From positions 45,100,286 to 45,164,285 of the forward strand of contig NC_057728.1 in the NCBI RefSeq assembly GCF_004010195.1: a DNA stretch of 64,000 bases. Reading direction: 5' to 3'. The notes below the pieces were generated by a model. That model was given only the letters and a program-made list of their open reading frames with translations. It was not told where the DNA came from and searched no databases. Of the stretch, positions 13,035 through 26,660 are shown piece by piece. Position 1 is the first letter of the stretch. Each line of letters begins with the position of its first letter. The translations under genes were made by a program, and so were the position numbers. The DNA comes from Chiloscyllium plagiosum (lineage: Eukaryota).

Positions 13035-14864
13035 TGCACCACCTTCCTTTTGCCATATTGAATAACCATTAGCTTAGAAACTGGACAATGCCCAAAACCA
13101 GGCATGATTTCTGTGTTGCACAGCAGGCAGAGCAGAAATTTTGGAGGATTATTCATGATGTATTCTTATCACCTTATTTCCATTGAGTTGGACGTGTCAG
13201 TTGGCCTTCCTCATACAGCTTGCTGGTCAGCAGTTGAGCAATTTTTGCTAAATGCATAATAGAGAAACTAATAGGATAATGAGTTAGTTGAGTTGGAAAA
13301 ATTAAGGTTCAGATCATATACACTGCTGGAAACTTGCTGGGCTGAATGTCCTATTGCTATATCATAAATACTGTGTAAATCTGGCAGGCAAAGTCCTCAG
13401 GTATGTCCAGATAGGAGATGGGAAGTGATCAGGAGTTGGATGAGCCACGAGAAGCCCTCCTAATCCAACAGTTCCAACAAAATTTATATTTCACAAATTT
13501 TGGGGAACTTTGGGCAATCTTCAATGGTCTCTTTAAGAACCAATTGTCAAACTGTCAAGATCTGGAAATTGTAAATGGAAATTTCAGAATACAAGCACAG
13601 TCTAATCTAACTATCCTTAGAAATCTGCAATGGAACTTTATTTCAATATTGAAATGAGATCCGCATCAATTTTAGGTGATGTTGATCAAGTTATCAGCAG
13701 TCAAATACCTGTGCTGATTGCTGCATTACTTAAATGAATTCTCATTGTAGTTATTATATGCTGATGAAACAAGAACAATGCAGAATTTATTCCCATTGTG
13801 TTTAATGAAAAAAAGCTTTAAATTACTTAAAGAGATAGTCAAGGACAGTCAATGCATAATATTAATAGTTAATTGTGGAATACAGACAGAATTGCAACGA
13901 ATATTGAATACAGGATGATATACTCAGTACTTGAAAAAAATTCCATACTTTTTTTTCAGAACCAATGAAGTTGACTTCTGGTCACCTGTGCTAACTCCTG
14001 TTGGCATTGCTTTTAGTAGCTCATTAGAAACCAGCCACAATGGCAGTCATTTCAGGAAATTTCAAAAACACTCCCAACAGATTACCCAGATGTAGGGGAG
14101 TAGGACGAGATTAGAAAATTAGATTGATACTCCAGCCGTAAAGGGATTGATAGACTACCTGATCCATTTCCTGTCTGTCAGTTTTGCATGTTCAGTTTTA
14201 TATGAATCAGAATGTATATAGGTTTTATTATATTTTTATCATCATAATATCTCTGCTCATACCTATTTTTACAGGAAGTGTTGCCACCACACTTATATCC
14301 AGCTACAATCAACACAAGGAAATGCAATGTTTTTGACTCAAAATTAGCTTGGCATTAAACTAAGGTAATGGTTTTGGTAATTGAAACTTTAATTAGCTAC
14401 CGAAGGAAGGTGTCCAACTATAAAACTCTTTATATTGTTTTCAAACATTGGTTAGACTCAGTGTCTACAGTCTGTTAAAAATCATAAAAACAGACATCCT
14501 AAACTGAGAATTGTCATTCAATGTACGAACCAAAGGGATTAAGTAAGTAATTAGCCATAGTCGACAAACGATTATAAACATCAAAGGGTCATAAGCATCT
14601 CTCTTCAATAGAGATAGACAACCAGTTATGTGTAGTCTGAGGATAACCAATCCACAAGCTAAACAGATATTTGAGTATCTTCACATATCTGTATGAAGAA
14701 GGAAGCATTTCAAACAGAGTCAACTGATTACTGGCTCAGTGAACTAAGTTTCAAATATTCTTAGAAGCTGCTCTTTTCTCCTACAATTTGTAACAATGAG
14801 ATTTAAAAAAACCACAGAGCCACTTAGTTTTGGAGTAATTAGCATCAATATGGGCTTTTACCTA

Positions 14865-15065
14865 GATAGTGGGGGTTTTGTTAGTTTAGTTGGCCGGACA
14901 ACTGCTTTGCAATACAGAGTGATGTCAAAAGGTTTAATTTCCACTCTACAAATATCCTGTATTCTCAGCTTCATCTGTTGCCTGAGGTGTGGTGACCCTC
15001 AGGTTAAACTCACCACCAGCTGTCTCTCATGAGAGAGTGGGGCTATGGTGACTTTATCTTCACTT
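14865..15065 (+). mobile_element. Third SINE family (other copies at about 22670-22845 plus and 59550-59755 minus)
   Basis: Shared core CCTGAGGTGTGGTGACCCTCAGGTTAAA.CACCACCAG among three loci. Confidence 0.7.
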
Positions 15066-16049
15066 ACCTAGATTGTCAAGAGAATTATATATTTTTTCAT
15101 TAACAAGGATATAGCATATTGTAGACTAACCATGGAAACTTTATTTTATTCTGTCAGCAATAGTTGTTGCTTCTGGGATATTCATTGTATCTTCCACAGT
15201 AAAGGTAAAGTTTCTATTGTGCCAAAGGAATGTAGGGCTGCTCTCTCAATAATGATTGTCATAAAAATATAATTGGTTCACTAACGTCCTTTAAGGAAAA
15301 AAATTACTATCCTTTCCCTGGTCTGCAGACCCAGGGCAATGTGATTGACTCTCAACTGCCCTCTGATGATCAAGGCAGCAATTGACAATAGGAAACAAGT
15401 TTTGGCTTTGCCAGTAACATCCACGATCAAGAAGAAAGAGTCAAATTGTAGTGGGGACTGGTGCTGGAGGAGGAAGAAGGTGAAAATCACTCTGCATCTT
15501 CAGAATGAGCTAAAGTAGGAGTGGAAGGAGGAGTAGCTTGATGTGACTAGAATCCTCCCAGTTGCATACCCACTGCCGGATGCTTGCTTTGTACCAGCAT
15601 AATTCAGCTAACCTGATGCTGCTCAGTCATGTGCCCAACCAATGCTGAACTCATTACCCCATCACCGCCTCTCCTCACTCCACAACACAATGCCACAACT
15701 CTTCCATTTCACTGACACCCAGTGATTATCTTCTACTCCTGGCATACCATTTACTTCAAAGCTGATGTTCCAGTTGGCAAAACACAGCACAGAGATGATT
15801 GGACAGAGGGAGACTGAAATAAAGGTTAGGGTGCCTAGTCATTTTCAATGTTGTTGATATTGAAACACTCACAGGTAATTTCACTAATTAAAATACAAAG
15901 TTTATCTTTTCCACTTCCAATTACCTGCTCTGAGGGAAGCTGAGATGTTCATGGAGGAGGTTCTTTGGAGTCCACAAGGACCTTGCTCAAAGTTGAAACT
16001 TTATTGCTGGAACAGCACAGCAGGTCAGGCAGCATCCAGGGAACAGGAG

Positions 16050-16085
16050 ATTCGACGTTTCGGGCACAGGCCCTTCTTCAGGAAT
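16050..16085 (-). ncRNA. Minimal type I hammerhead ribozyme (PLE family A)
   Basis: Exact reverse complement of the 36-nt motif at 6705-6740. Confidence 0.8.
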
Positions 16086-16236
16086 GAGCAGAGAGTGTTC
16101 AGCAGGAGAAGATAAAAGGTAGGGAGGAGGGACTTGGAGGAGGGGCGTTGGAAATGTGATAGGTGGAAAGAGGTCAAGGTGAGGGTGATAGGTCGGAGTA
16201 GGATGGAGGCGGAGAGGTCAAGAAGAAGACTGCAGG

Positions 16237-16563
16237 TCAGGAAGGCGGTGCCGGGCTGGAGGGATTCGGCTGAGACAAGGTGGGGGGAGGGGGGATGAAG
16301 AAACTGGTGAAGTCCAAGTTCATCCCCTGTGGTTGGAGGGTTCCCAGTCGGAAGATAAGACGCTCCTCCTCCGACCGTCGCGTTGTTGTGGTTTGGCGGT
16401 GGATGAGTCCAATGATCTGCATATCCTCGGTGGAGTGGGAGGGGGAGTTGAAATGCTGTGCTACAGGGTGGTTGGGTTGGTTCGTCCGGGTGGCCCAGAG
16501 GTGCTCTCTGAATCGCTCCGCAAGTAGGCGGCCTGTCTCCCCAATATAGAGGAGGCCACACTG
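16237..16563 (-). pseudogene. PLE GIY-YIG endonuclease fragment (open frame, 5'-truncated)
   Basis: Minus-strand frame reads QCGLLYIGETGRLLAERFREHLWATRTNQPNHPVAQHFNSPSHSTEDMQIIGLIHRQTTTTRRSEEERLIFRLGTLQPQGMNLDF..., showing the YIGET, R..EH, HF, E and G.N motifs of PLE GIY-YIG domains. Confidence 0.9.
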
Positions 16564-19500
16564 GCTGCCCGAAACGTCGAATCTCCTGTTCCCTGGATGC
16601 TGCCTGACCTGCTGTGCTGTTCCAGCAATAAAGTTTCAACTTTGATCTCCAGCATCTGCAGACCTCACTTTCTCCTTGCTCAAAGTTGCCCACTGACACC
16701 GGTGCATGGTATATTCACCTGCCATGGCAAGAATCAGCATGTGGGACTTGGTCAGAGGCACCTTAAGTAGTGTACCCACAACTGTATGCCTTTTTTTAAA
16801 AATCTGCCCTTTCATGTCTATGCCCCCTGTTAGACCAGACCTGGAGAGTATACTTATACACAGCCAAGTTGAGACTTCCTTTCACTCTGTTTAAATTGAC
16901 AGAATGAGTGTGTTGCCGTTGAAGATAAACCTGTCCCATGAACATGAGTACCAGCTGTAGAGAAAGGCCAATCCAGCAATTTTATTTAAATGGAAAAATA
17001 AATGCAAAAGAAACATGTCAAAGAAATTTGCTCTACCTTTAAAATTGAGGACAATAAATATCTTTAAAAAGAATTCCTCCCCGTCCCCAGAAAACTACTC
17101 AGAAGGTAAATCCACCTACATTGTAATTGAAATAAATCTTTATCATTCTAATAAGAGGAGGGTTCCTTTGGTGTCAAGATGTTTAGTATTTTAACACCTA
17201 ACAGTTGAGTCGAGCATGAGTGAAGAAATATTAACAGAAACCAATGCACTTAAAAAAATTCTCAAAGGCATGGCATGTCATGTGAAATTAGCAGCAGCAG
17301 CTGTAATCTGCAGTTTCAATGTATAATTCATTTGCTCTGCTCTGTCTGTCTTTCCATGAAAACAGTTCATTTACACGTATAGGGTTTCAGTATCAGGAAT
17401 ATCATGTAACAAAACGTGCATTGTGCTATTACAAAAGCTTCTTGCAATTGCTCAGCCTGATACTTTTATCTTTAGAACAGGGTCAGACAGAAAAACAAAA
17501 ATATCCAAATCACACAACACAGAGAACGCAGCATTTAATGCATGCAGGAAATGTGCTCTTCATGTTAGTCACATTAACTTGTGCCTATTTTTATTAGTGT
17601 ATAGGTTGATTACATTTTCAGGAGGGCAAGTTTCCTGTGATGATGAGCAGGTGATCGTGAGCATATGAACACTTGCATGTTCTGAAGTGAATAGAGAGGT
17701 CAAAGCTGACGTCAGAAACCGCCTCATAATCAGGCATTATTTTGTTTCCTTTTCTTACCATTTAGTCATAGGTATGATGAATTATTTGAAGAAAATATTA
17801 TACAAGTCATGGTTAGAGGTGAAAGAAAAGCTCTGAAGCTTTTGCCTTTTGAGGTGGATATATATTTTTCACTCAATGAAGCAAAAAGCACCAGCAATGT
17901 GTTTTGGCTGAATCAAATGTGAATTGAAGGTATGTTGCATTAATACACACCCCAGAATGTGAAATAGTGCATTACTGATCAAAGTCATGTTACCTTTCCT
18001 CAATTTATAAGTTTTCACTAAAATTAGCTAGTTAACCAGTCTGATCTCCAAAAAATCAATTATAGCAATTAAGTTATGGATATGCACTTGCCTTTTATAG
18101 CAAAATGCAAGAAAACAGTTTTCTAACAAAAGTGTAAAGCGGTTTTTCTTTCATGTTCTTTTTTATGTTAGTTGTGTCACATTCTTTAAATGTTTTAGTC
18201 TCAATCCAAGCTCTATAAAGAATTCTTGACCGGCATTCAGAAAACATACGTTAGATGACATTTATTTCAAACTAATTATTCCCTTTGAAATTATGAATTC
18301 ACTACTGAATTGCAATATCTAGCCATAATACAGTGAGTTTGCAAGGGTGTGCTATATTTTAAACTAAACAAATATTTCACAATTGATGTCTGCCACTTTA
18401 TGAAATGATAATCAGTAATTTCAGTTCGGATTTGAATGTGTGCGTGCATTAATCCTAACACAGTGTCATGGATCCTAAACAATAAAACAACCAACACAAA
18501 AGCATTATCAAGGTTGGAATAATTAGTCAGAGGCACTCATAAATTTGTAAGAATAACAATATGTTTTCATACAGCATCAGTGTTCACTTTGACAACTATG
18601 TTTAAGCCAGTTGATGATATAAAGGAAGAACCAATAGAAATAAATGTCTCCATTTCTGCTACAAGTTAGCAATTTCAGATAATAAACCTTTTCTTTCTGG
18701 TTACTTGACAATGTCATTGTGACAATGTCTCAGGTTTGTGTTGTTGATGTTGGTTTATCTTGTGGTGCTGATACCAAAATATGCATTTCACAGTCAGATG
18801 TTAGGAGAAATCTGAAGATGTAAATAAGTTTAGAATTCATTTCATAAACTCTTCATAAATTGGTTCAGAAACCAATAGCTCATGTAAATGACTCATAGTT
18901 AAAGTGAAAATTTGCACGGTCCACCTATGTACTGACATAACATTCCCCACATTTCAACAAGAAACACTTAGAGGTGGCTTTCAGCTGTTCCTTGCAAAAA
19001 TGGGTAGCCAGCCTTTGGAATGAGGAGTTGGATTGCCACCAGAAACAGATGTCCATCGATGAGAGGGGATGTCTATCCAGGGTGATGGGTTTCTCCTGTA
19101 GATCTTTTTTTTAATTCATTTGTGGGATGTGGGCATCACTGGCTGGCCAGAATGTATTGCCCATCCCGAAATAAGACCATAAGACCATAAGACATAGGAG
19201 CGGAAGTAAGGCCATTTGGCCCATCGAGTCCACTCTGCCATTCAATCATGGCTGATGGGCATTTCAACTCCACTTACCCGCATTCTCCCCATAGCCCTTA
19301 ATTCCTTGTGACATCAAGAATTTATCAATTTCTGCCTTGAAGTCATTTAGCGTCCCAGCCTCCACTGCACTCTGTGGCAATGAATTCCACAGGCCCACCA
19401 CTCTCTGGCTGAAGAAATGTCTCCGCATTTCTGGTAAAGCTTGTCTCCACTTTTTTTTAAGTCTTAGGAATTGTTAACCCTATAAAAACATTCAGACCAT

Positions 19501-20685
19501 TGCTATGCACACACTTATCTGTAAGTGTTTTGTAGAATCCAAACAATGGTTTTAATAACAGTGAATCTTCTTCCATTTATTTCATTCATGAGATGTGGAT
19601 GTAGCTGACAAGGATTTCTCTACCTGGCAGATGGAAAAGAGTTAATCCAGAGATCTGGAAAAATTCTGCTTTTAGGAGTATTTTAAAAAATTTATTCATA
19701 GGATGCGGATATTGCTAGCTAGACCCATATTTATTGACCATCTCTGTTTGCCCTGGAGATTTGGTGGTGAACTGCCACCTTGAATTGCTGAAGTCCATGT
19801 GGTGTAGAGACAGTCAGAACCTTGTTAGGGAGACAAATTCAGGATTTAGAACCCAATGACAGTGAAGGAACTGCAATAGTGTTCCAAATCAAAATTATAT
19901 GTGGTTTGGAAGAGGCCTTGTCTCCGGTGGTGTTCCCAAGTATCTTGATGTTCCTGATACTGCAGAGTGGGTTGCTAGTGGAAGGGGAGGGGTTGAGGGA
20001 GAATGCACCTTTTGATTTGCTTTGTTCACATCGTTAATCATATGATTGTATTCAGATCGCCTGACTGCGATTAATTCATTACTCAAGAGTTTAGATCAAA
20101 TTGCACTGCAATTTACCATGGACAAGCACATGATCGGCAGTAATTTGAGGGGTGTGTAGGTTAGGTTGATCTGAGTTGAAGATAAACGCTGGGCACAACA
20201 TTGTGGGCAGAAGAGCCTGTACTGTGCTGTATTGTTCCATGAGAAAGTGAGAACTACAGGTCTCCGATTAATGTCATCAAGGCCATGGGGAGAAAGGAGA
20301 TGGTGGATCCTATTAGATTGTTTACTAAGAAACCTGTCACTTGGCAAAATGGCTCATCAGCAGACCCATGAACAAATGTAATAAATGCTGGCTCTCTAAT
20401 GAGCATTCACATCCTATGAACGAATTGGAAAAAAAGAGCCATTACTTTTCTGAGTACACATGTGGTACCATTTTCAGTAAATCACTGATTGTAAGTCACT
20501 TCTCAGCTTATGTAAGATGATTAAATAGAATTGATTAAGCTGTTCCAGTAGGGTCCAGTAGGCTAACCATGATTCATGTGTGGTATAATTTAGTCGATGT
20601 ACATAATGGCATGGTTTTAATGTTCTTTAAAATGCTGCATGCATTTTGGAAAATATTAGTTCTATTTATACAAAGGTATATATCA

Positions 20686-20846
20686 AAGATGTGCAAGTCA
20701 GGTGAATTGGCCATGCTAAATTGCCCGTAGTGTTAGGTAAAGGGGTAAATGTAGTGGTATGGGTGGGATACGCTTCGGCGGGTCGGTGTGGACTTGTTGG
20801 GCCGAAGGGCCTGTTTCCACACTGTAAGTAATCTAAGTAAAATCTA
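20686..20846 (+). mobile_element. HE1-type V-SINE, 3' half
   Basis: Similar to 25093-25253. Confidence 0.9.
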
Positions 20847-21339
20847 GGATGTAACCCATCAGGGCCAGGAATTTATCAATTTTAAGACATGCTCTTCATG
20901 TGACTGAACAGGCTAATTCTCGATGCATGGTACAGGACACATGGTACAGGATATCTCGCCAGATGGTGAGACTCAAAGTAGAGGCTTTGCTTTCATTTTT
21001 TCCCTTCTCTTCCACAGCTCAGCTTCACTATTAATGTTTTTGGACTTGAAGCTTAATGGGCAAGTTGTCACTATTTGATCGATTGATAGCAAGGTCCTCC
21101 CATTAATATCAATTCTGCCACACTTCATAGAGTATCTTTCTTACACTTCATTTGTCTTCCCTGTAACATTGGCAACTTAAGAGTTGAGAAAGCAGGACTT
21201 GGCTGGGGCGCTGCTTTTTAGTCAACAAGATGTAGCGTCTAGTTATTGTAAAAACTGAAAATGCTGGAGAAACTCAGCAGGTCTGACAACATCCATAGAG
21301 AGAGAAAAACAGCATTAACATTTCAAATCTGGTAGATGT

Positions 21340-21645
21340 ATTATTATTGCTAGACTTTAATCCACAAAGCCGGGCAATGTTCTCGGCATCTGGGTTCAAA
21401 TCCTGCCATTGTAGATGGTGGAATTTGAATTTAATGAAAAGAAATCTAGAATTAACAGTCTAATGGTGACCACAAAACCATTGTCAATTGTTGGTAAACA
21501 TCTATTGGTTCACTAATGTCCTCCAGAGGAGGAAATCTACCTGGCCTGGCCTACATGTGACTCCAGGCCAACAATAATGTGGCTGATTCTTAACAATTAG
21601 AGATAGGCCTAGCCAGCAATGATGACACCTCATGAATGAATTTAA
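21340..21645 (+). mobile_element. Second tRNA-derived SINE family (other copies at about 31482-31770 minus and 15273-15440 partial)
   Basis: B box GGTTCAAATCC; shared core TGGTTCACTAATGTCC...CCTACATGTGACTCCAG among copies. Confidence 0.75.
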
Positions 21646-21959
21646 AGAATAACTCTTCTTCAGAGCACTGAAAACTTGTTTAAATGTGTAAATTAGGGTC
21701 TACTTATTTTGAGGTAAGTGGGAGTATATTTGGCTTGATAGCTGTCAAAAGCTTACGTTACTATTTACTGTTTTAAATCCACAGTGAGGAATCCATGCCA
21801 CTGTATGAATTTTCTTCACAATAATTGTAAAGATTGCAATCATCTTATATTCAGTGTCCAGTATCTCAGTCTCTGGAAGTGAGTGTGGAACTTGCTCCAT
21901 TTAAGCATCCATTCTTTAGTGCCCACCAGGCAGCAATGAAGGTATTTAAAGGATTGGGT

Positions 21960-23990
21960 ATAAGTAGACAAACATGTTGGACAAAAAGCAGGAAAAGGCC
22001 ATTCAGCTTCTCTAGACTGTTCTACCATTTAATAAGATCAGACTCATCTGATTGTAACCTCAAATCCACATTCCTGCCTAACCTGACAATCTTTCACACC
22101 TTTGCTTAACAAGAATCTATCTCCATCTGCATAAAAATATTCAAAACCTCTGTTTCCACCCCCATTTCAGGAAGAGAATTCCAAATACATATGATTAGCT
22201 ACATATAAAAACTCCACAGCTCTAAGTAGGCAATCTCTAATTTTAAACAGCAACTGCCCCTTCAAGTTGTCAATTTATCCACTAAAAATGACCAGAATTT
22301 CCTCTCCAAGTCTACCCTGTCAAGACCCCTCTGGATCTTATATTTTTCAATCAAGTCACCCCATACTCTTCAAAACTCCAGTATATGCAAGTCTAGCATC
22401 TCCAACACTTCCTTATGTAACAACGTGTCCATTGCAGGTATTGGTCTGGTAAACCTTCTCTGAATGATCTCCAACACAGTTCCACCCTTTCTTAAAAACG
22501 GAGACCATTAATATGCACAATACTCAAAGTCTGCTTGTATCAGTGCCCTGTATATGCTTTGTTATTTGTACTTACTTCCCCAGAGATAAACGATAACAGT
22601 CTTTCAGCTTTCCTAATTGCTTACTGTAGATGCATACTAATCTTTTGCAATTCATGCACTGCGACGCCCAAATGCATACATTCAATTCCCGCACTGTCTG
22701 AGGTTATCACGAAGGACTTGCCTTCTCATTCTCACCCCTAATGTGGGGCATGATGATCCCCATGTTAAACTACCACCAGTCATTTCTCTCTAACGAGAGA
22801 ACAGCTGTATGGACCAATAAGACTGTGGTTACTTTGACCTTTTTACCTTTATTCTATTTGCCAGATCTTTGTCAATTCATTCAACTTATCTGTATGTATT
22901 TGTAGCCTTCTTGTGTCCTCTTCAGAATTTATTTTCCTAGTTATCTTTGCATCATTAGCAAATTTGGAAAGTATACCTTTTTTCAAGACCGAAGTCATTT
23001 ATATAAATTGTAAACAATTGAGTTCCAAGTATTGAATCCTGTGATCCATAATTCATTATATCTTGCTGACCTGAACAGACCAATTTGAAAGTTATCTCTG
23101 CCAGCCAGTCTTCTATCCACACCAATGTGCTACCACCTAACTCATGCATTTAGTTTTCATAATAGTATTTACAATGATATTTTATCAAACATAGTCTTGC
23201 AATCTAAATACAGTGTATCCAATAGTTCTCTTTTCTCCACAGCATATTACTTTCTCATAGAATTCCAACAGATTATGATTTCCTTTTGAAGAAACCAAGT
23301 CGAATCTGTTTGGTTATCTTGAATTTAGCTAAGTACCTTGCTATAAATTCATTAATTATAGCTTTGAACATATTTAGTTTAAAATTCTCTCTACTTCTAT
23401 AATTATTCAGTTTGCAAGAACACTGGGCCCAGCATGGTTTAGGTGGAGACTGTCTCAACAGTACACATCTCACCTTTTCCAATATTGGTGCCGGTACTCT
23501 ACAAAGTGCAACCCATTTCTCCTACATCTGTCATTGTGCCACACATTCATCTCTCTGATCTGATTTGCTCTGTATTAAGTATCATGTGGCTTAGAATACA
23601 ATACTGAAATTATGATCTTTGAGGTCCTCGTTCTTAATTTGGTGCCTAGTTCCTCATACTGACTACACTCTTTCTTTGTCTTTACTATATGCTTGGTGTG
23701 TACATGGACCATGTTCACTGGATCCTGCCTTCCCAATGTAAGTTCCTCTCCAACCCTGAGCAAATGTTCCAAACCGTGGCATTGGGGAGATAACACAGCC
23801 ATCTGGACCCACACTCTTTACTGCAGAAAATGCTGTTACTCCTCTGATCATACTGTCCCCTATTCCCTTTGCAAAACTTTATTGCCCTCACCCAACTTGG
23901 ATGGTTTTCTATACCATGGTACCATGGTCAGTTGGCTCATCTATTCTGCAGCCAAACAAGTTGAAAGAACTTCACACCTGTTGAGCAAAG
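21960..23990 (-). mobile_element. Old, heavily decayed CR1 LINE with nested SINE
   Basis: WIEDWL, SQDSILG.QLFTIYIND motifs; CR1 3' end near 21960-22200. Confidence 0.65.
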
Positions 23991-24239
23991 TCTGAGGCTT
24001 CTGTCCACCTGCTCTGAGTCCCATATCTGCCTCATTCAGTCACACGCTCCTGCTCATAAATCCTGACCAAATCAGAAGACCCATTGTCTATTACCTAGTA
24101 CAAAGAATCCAGGAAAACTTCTCACTTCCCAATGCATCTCAGTGTCTACAGTTCAATCTGCTGGTCTCCGCCCAAGGAATATCTGAGAAATTCTTCCTTT
24201 TGTTCCACAGGGGAATGGGCATCATTCCATATTGATCCT

Positions 24240-24475
24240 CAAATCAACCTATTTAGAGATGTTATTACATACCTCTCGAGCAGTGGGGCTTGAATTCAGA
24301 CCCCCTCCCAGCCCAGAAGTAGGAACACCACCACTGTATATCAAGGACCCTACTTCCATTGTACCTCTGGATATTTAATCAACCTGTTTAAAAATGTTAT
24401 TACACATCTCTGGAGCAGACAGGATTTAAACCTATCTCAGAGGTAAAGACAATACCACTGTGCCCCAAGAGCCTC
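24240..24475 (-). repeat. Two tandem diverged copies of a tRNA-like SINE head (about 24240-24350 and 24376-24475)
   Basis: AATCAACCT(A/G)TTTA..ATGTTATTACA.A.CTCT.GAGCAG...ACCACTGT repeated about 135 bp apart. Confidence 0.55.
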
Positions 24476-24933
24476 CAAGTTCTATCATCTGCTGTGGCAG
24501 AATTCAAATCTGGGCTCCCCACAGCATTACCGGGGTCTCTGAATTAACAGTCTAGCAATAATACCCACAATAGCAGTGCCTCACCATCACATTGCACCTC
24601 AACCTCATCTCAAGAAATTAATGGTGAGAGGGTGACAAGCTTTGCTTTCAGATATAATTTCGTGCAGTCACCTAACAGCCTGTGGCCACCAGGAGTAGAA
24701 ATGCTCCAGGGGAAGTTGCACTCGGTCATGCTTGAGGTGGTCAGCTCAGCTCCATAACAAAAGCAATAGTGACCTGCTAAGTAGATATGTTTTTAAGAAG
24801 GCTATGTTTCTTAATGACACAACATTAAAAGGAGCATTTCTCACTCATAGTCAGTTGCAACACTCTGCGTTGCTGCACAGAAATGGACAAATTATTACAA
24901 AAGCAAGCACGACAAATATCAAGTTATCTAAGT

Positions 24934-25253
24934 TGGGGCGGCACGGTGGCACAGTGGTTAGCACTGCTGCCTCACAGCGCCAAAGACCTGGGTTCAGTTC
25001 CCGCCTCAGGTGACTGACTGTGTGGAGTTTGCACGTTCTCCCCGTGTCTGCGTGGGTTTCCTCCGGGTGCTCCGGTTTCCTCCCACAGTCACAAAGATGT
25101 GCAGGTCAGGTGAATTGGCCATGCTAAATTGCCCGTAGTGTTAGGTAAGGGGTAAATGTAGGGGTATGGGTGGGTTACGCTTCGGCGGGTCGGTGTGGAC
25201 TTGTTGGGCCGAAGGGCCTGTTTCCACACTGTAAGTAATCTAATCTAATCTAA
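24934..25253 (+). mobile_element. Full-length HE1-type V-SINE
   Basis: tRNA-like head with A box TGGCACAGTGG and B box GGTTCAGTTCC, V domain (GTGTGGAGTTTGCAC...GGTTTCCTCCCACA), CR1-derived 3' end and (TAATC)n tail. Confidence 0.92.
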
Positions 25254-25578
25254 TTTTGGGTCTGCGCAGTCCTCTACAAAATGCAAATTCTTGAATCTAC
25301 TTCACCTATATTTTATCAACTGTCCCTGTTGTATTTATTCTGTTATTGGTAAGTAACACGGATTACGTAGAATGGATTCAGTTCATTTGAAAAGCTCATG
25401 CAAGCTTGTTAAACAACTCAGTGTACATCTTACAGCTATCGATAACTATATATATATATCTTCCTTTGGACTGACTGCTGCTGCAGTACACATGGTAGTT
25501 AGTTATGCGGTTTCATCCTTATCCTTGACTCAGTAGCATGTCCATCTCTTAAAACAATAACCTAACAATTACCTCTGA

Positions 25579-25875
25579 TTCATAGAATCCCTACAGTGTG
25601 GAAGCAGGCCATTCGACCCATCAAGTCCACACTGACCCTCTGCAGAGTATCCCACCCAGACCCACCACTCCAACCCCTCCCCCCACACCATCCCTGTAAC
25701 ACTGCCTTTCCCATGGTTAATCCACCTAATTTACATATCTTTGGGCAGTCGGAGGAAATCCACGCAGATATTGACAGATTGTGCAAAATCCACACAGACA
25801 GTCACCCTGAGGATGGAATCAAATCTGGGTCCCTGGAGTTGTAAGGCAGCAGGAACTTAGCCATCGTGCTGCCCC
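25579..25875 (-). mobile_element. HE1-type V-SINE (older)
   Basis: Reverse-complement similarity to HE1 copies. Confidence 0.85.
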
Positions 25876-26406
25876 ATAAAAGTTGTTTCTGACAATTCAG
25901 TGACTAATGATTATGGAATCAGGAAATTTCAGTAAATAAGATTCCTAACTCCAATAAACAGAGATGGGAGATATTAGATTCTGTTTTATATCAATAAAGA
26001 TCCATAAGAAAAGATTTGAAAGAAAATATTTAAAAGATTTAATTATTTCACGCAGAATTCAAAACAATGGCACTGGAATTAAAATTCAAACTGGACTGTA
26101 TCCAACTCCCTACACAGACTCTTAACACGCTGGAGCAAAAATGGAATCTAAACTACCACATTTGTTTTCTTAATATTTATTTTCTGATTTATTATGGGTT
26201 TTGGCAAGTTAGTTGTTTTTCCATGTGGTGTTGGTGTTTATGGTTGGGGTGGAGGTGTGACTTGTAATCCTTCCGAAGATGAAACTGTTTCTCTATGTTG
26301 ATATGACTGTAAAGGAGAAAGTGAGGTCTGCAGATGCTGGAGATCAAAGTTGAAACTTTATTGCTGGAACAGCACAGCAGGTCAGGCAGCATCCAGGGAA
26401 CAGGAG

Positions 26407-26442
26407 ATTCGACGTTTCGGGCACAGGCCCTTCTTCAGGAAT
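26407..26442 (-). ncRNA. Minimal type I hammerhead ribozyme (PLE family A)
   Basis: Exact reverse complement of the 36-nt motif. Confidence 0.8.
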
Positions 26443-26624
26443 GAGCAGAGAGTGTTCAGCAGGAGAAGATAAAAGGTAGGGAGGAGGGACTTGGAGGAGG
26501 GGCGTTGGAAATGTGATAGGTGGAAAGAGGTCAAGGCCTCTTTCCACCTATCACATTTCCAACGCCCCTCCTCCAAGTCCCTCCTCCCTACCTTTTATCT
26601 TCTCCTGCTGAACACTCTCTGCTC

Positions 26625-26660
26625 ATTCCTGAAGAAGGGCCTGTGCCCGAAACGTCGAAT
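26625..26660 (+). ncRNA. Minimal type I hammerhead ribozyme (PLE family A), upstream of cargo
   Basis: Exact 36-nt motif; predicted cleavage after GUC at 26656. Confidence 0.8.

Larger units (their letters stand above)
15996..16673 (-). mobile_element. 5'-truncated Penelope-like element (family A) with GIY-YIG endonuclease C-terminus, 3' UTR/pLTR and inverted terminal arm
   Basis: TSD CCTTGCTCAAAGTTG at 15981-15995 and 16674-16688; inverted arm 16566-16673; contains a YIG-bearing open frame. Confidence 0.9.

Noticed and set aside
14275..14364. 90-nt segment with good acceptor (TTTTTACAG) and donor (AAG/GTAATG)
   Set aside because: Stop codons in all three frames; no support as a coding exon (a non-coding exon cannot be excluded).
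16025..16699. Longest supplied ORF (224 aa) as a gene
   Set aside because: It is an off-frame read through a PLE; the meaningful GIY-YIG frame is a different one (16237-16563).
24934..25010. tRNA gene
   Set aside because: The A/B boxes belong to a SINE head that continues into the V domain and LINE tail; the same applies to other copies and to 50205-50282.
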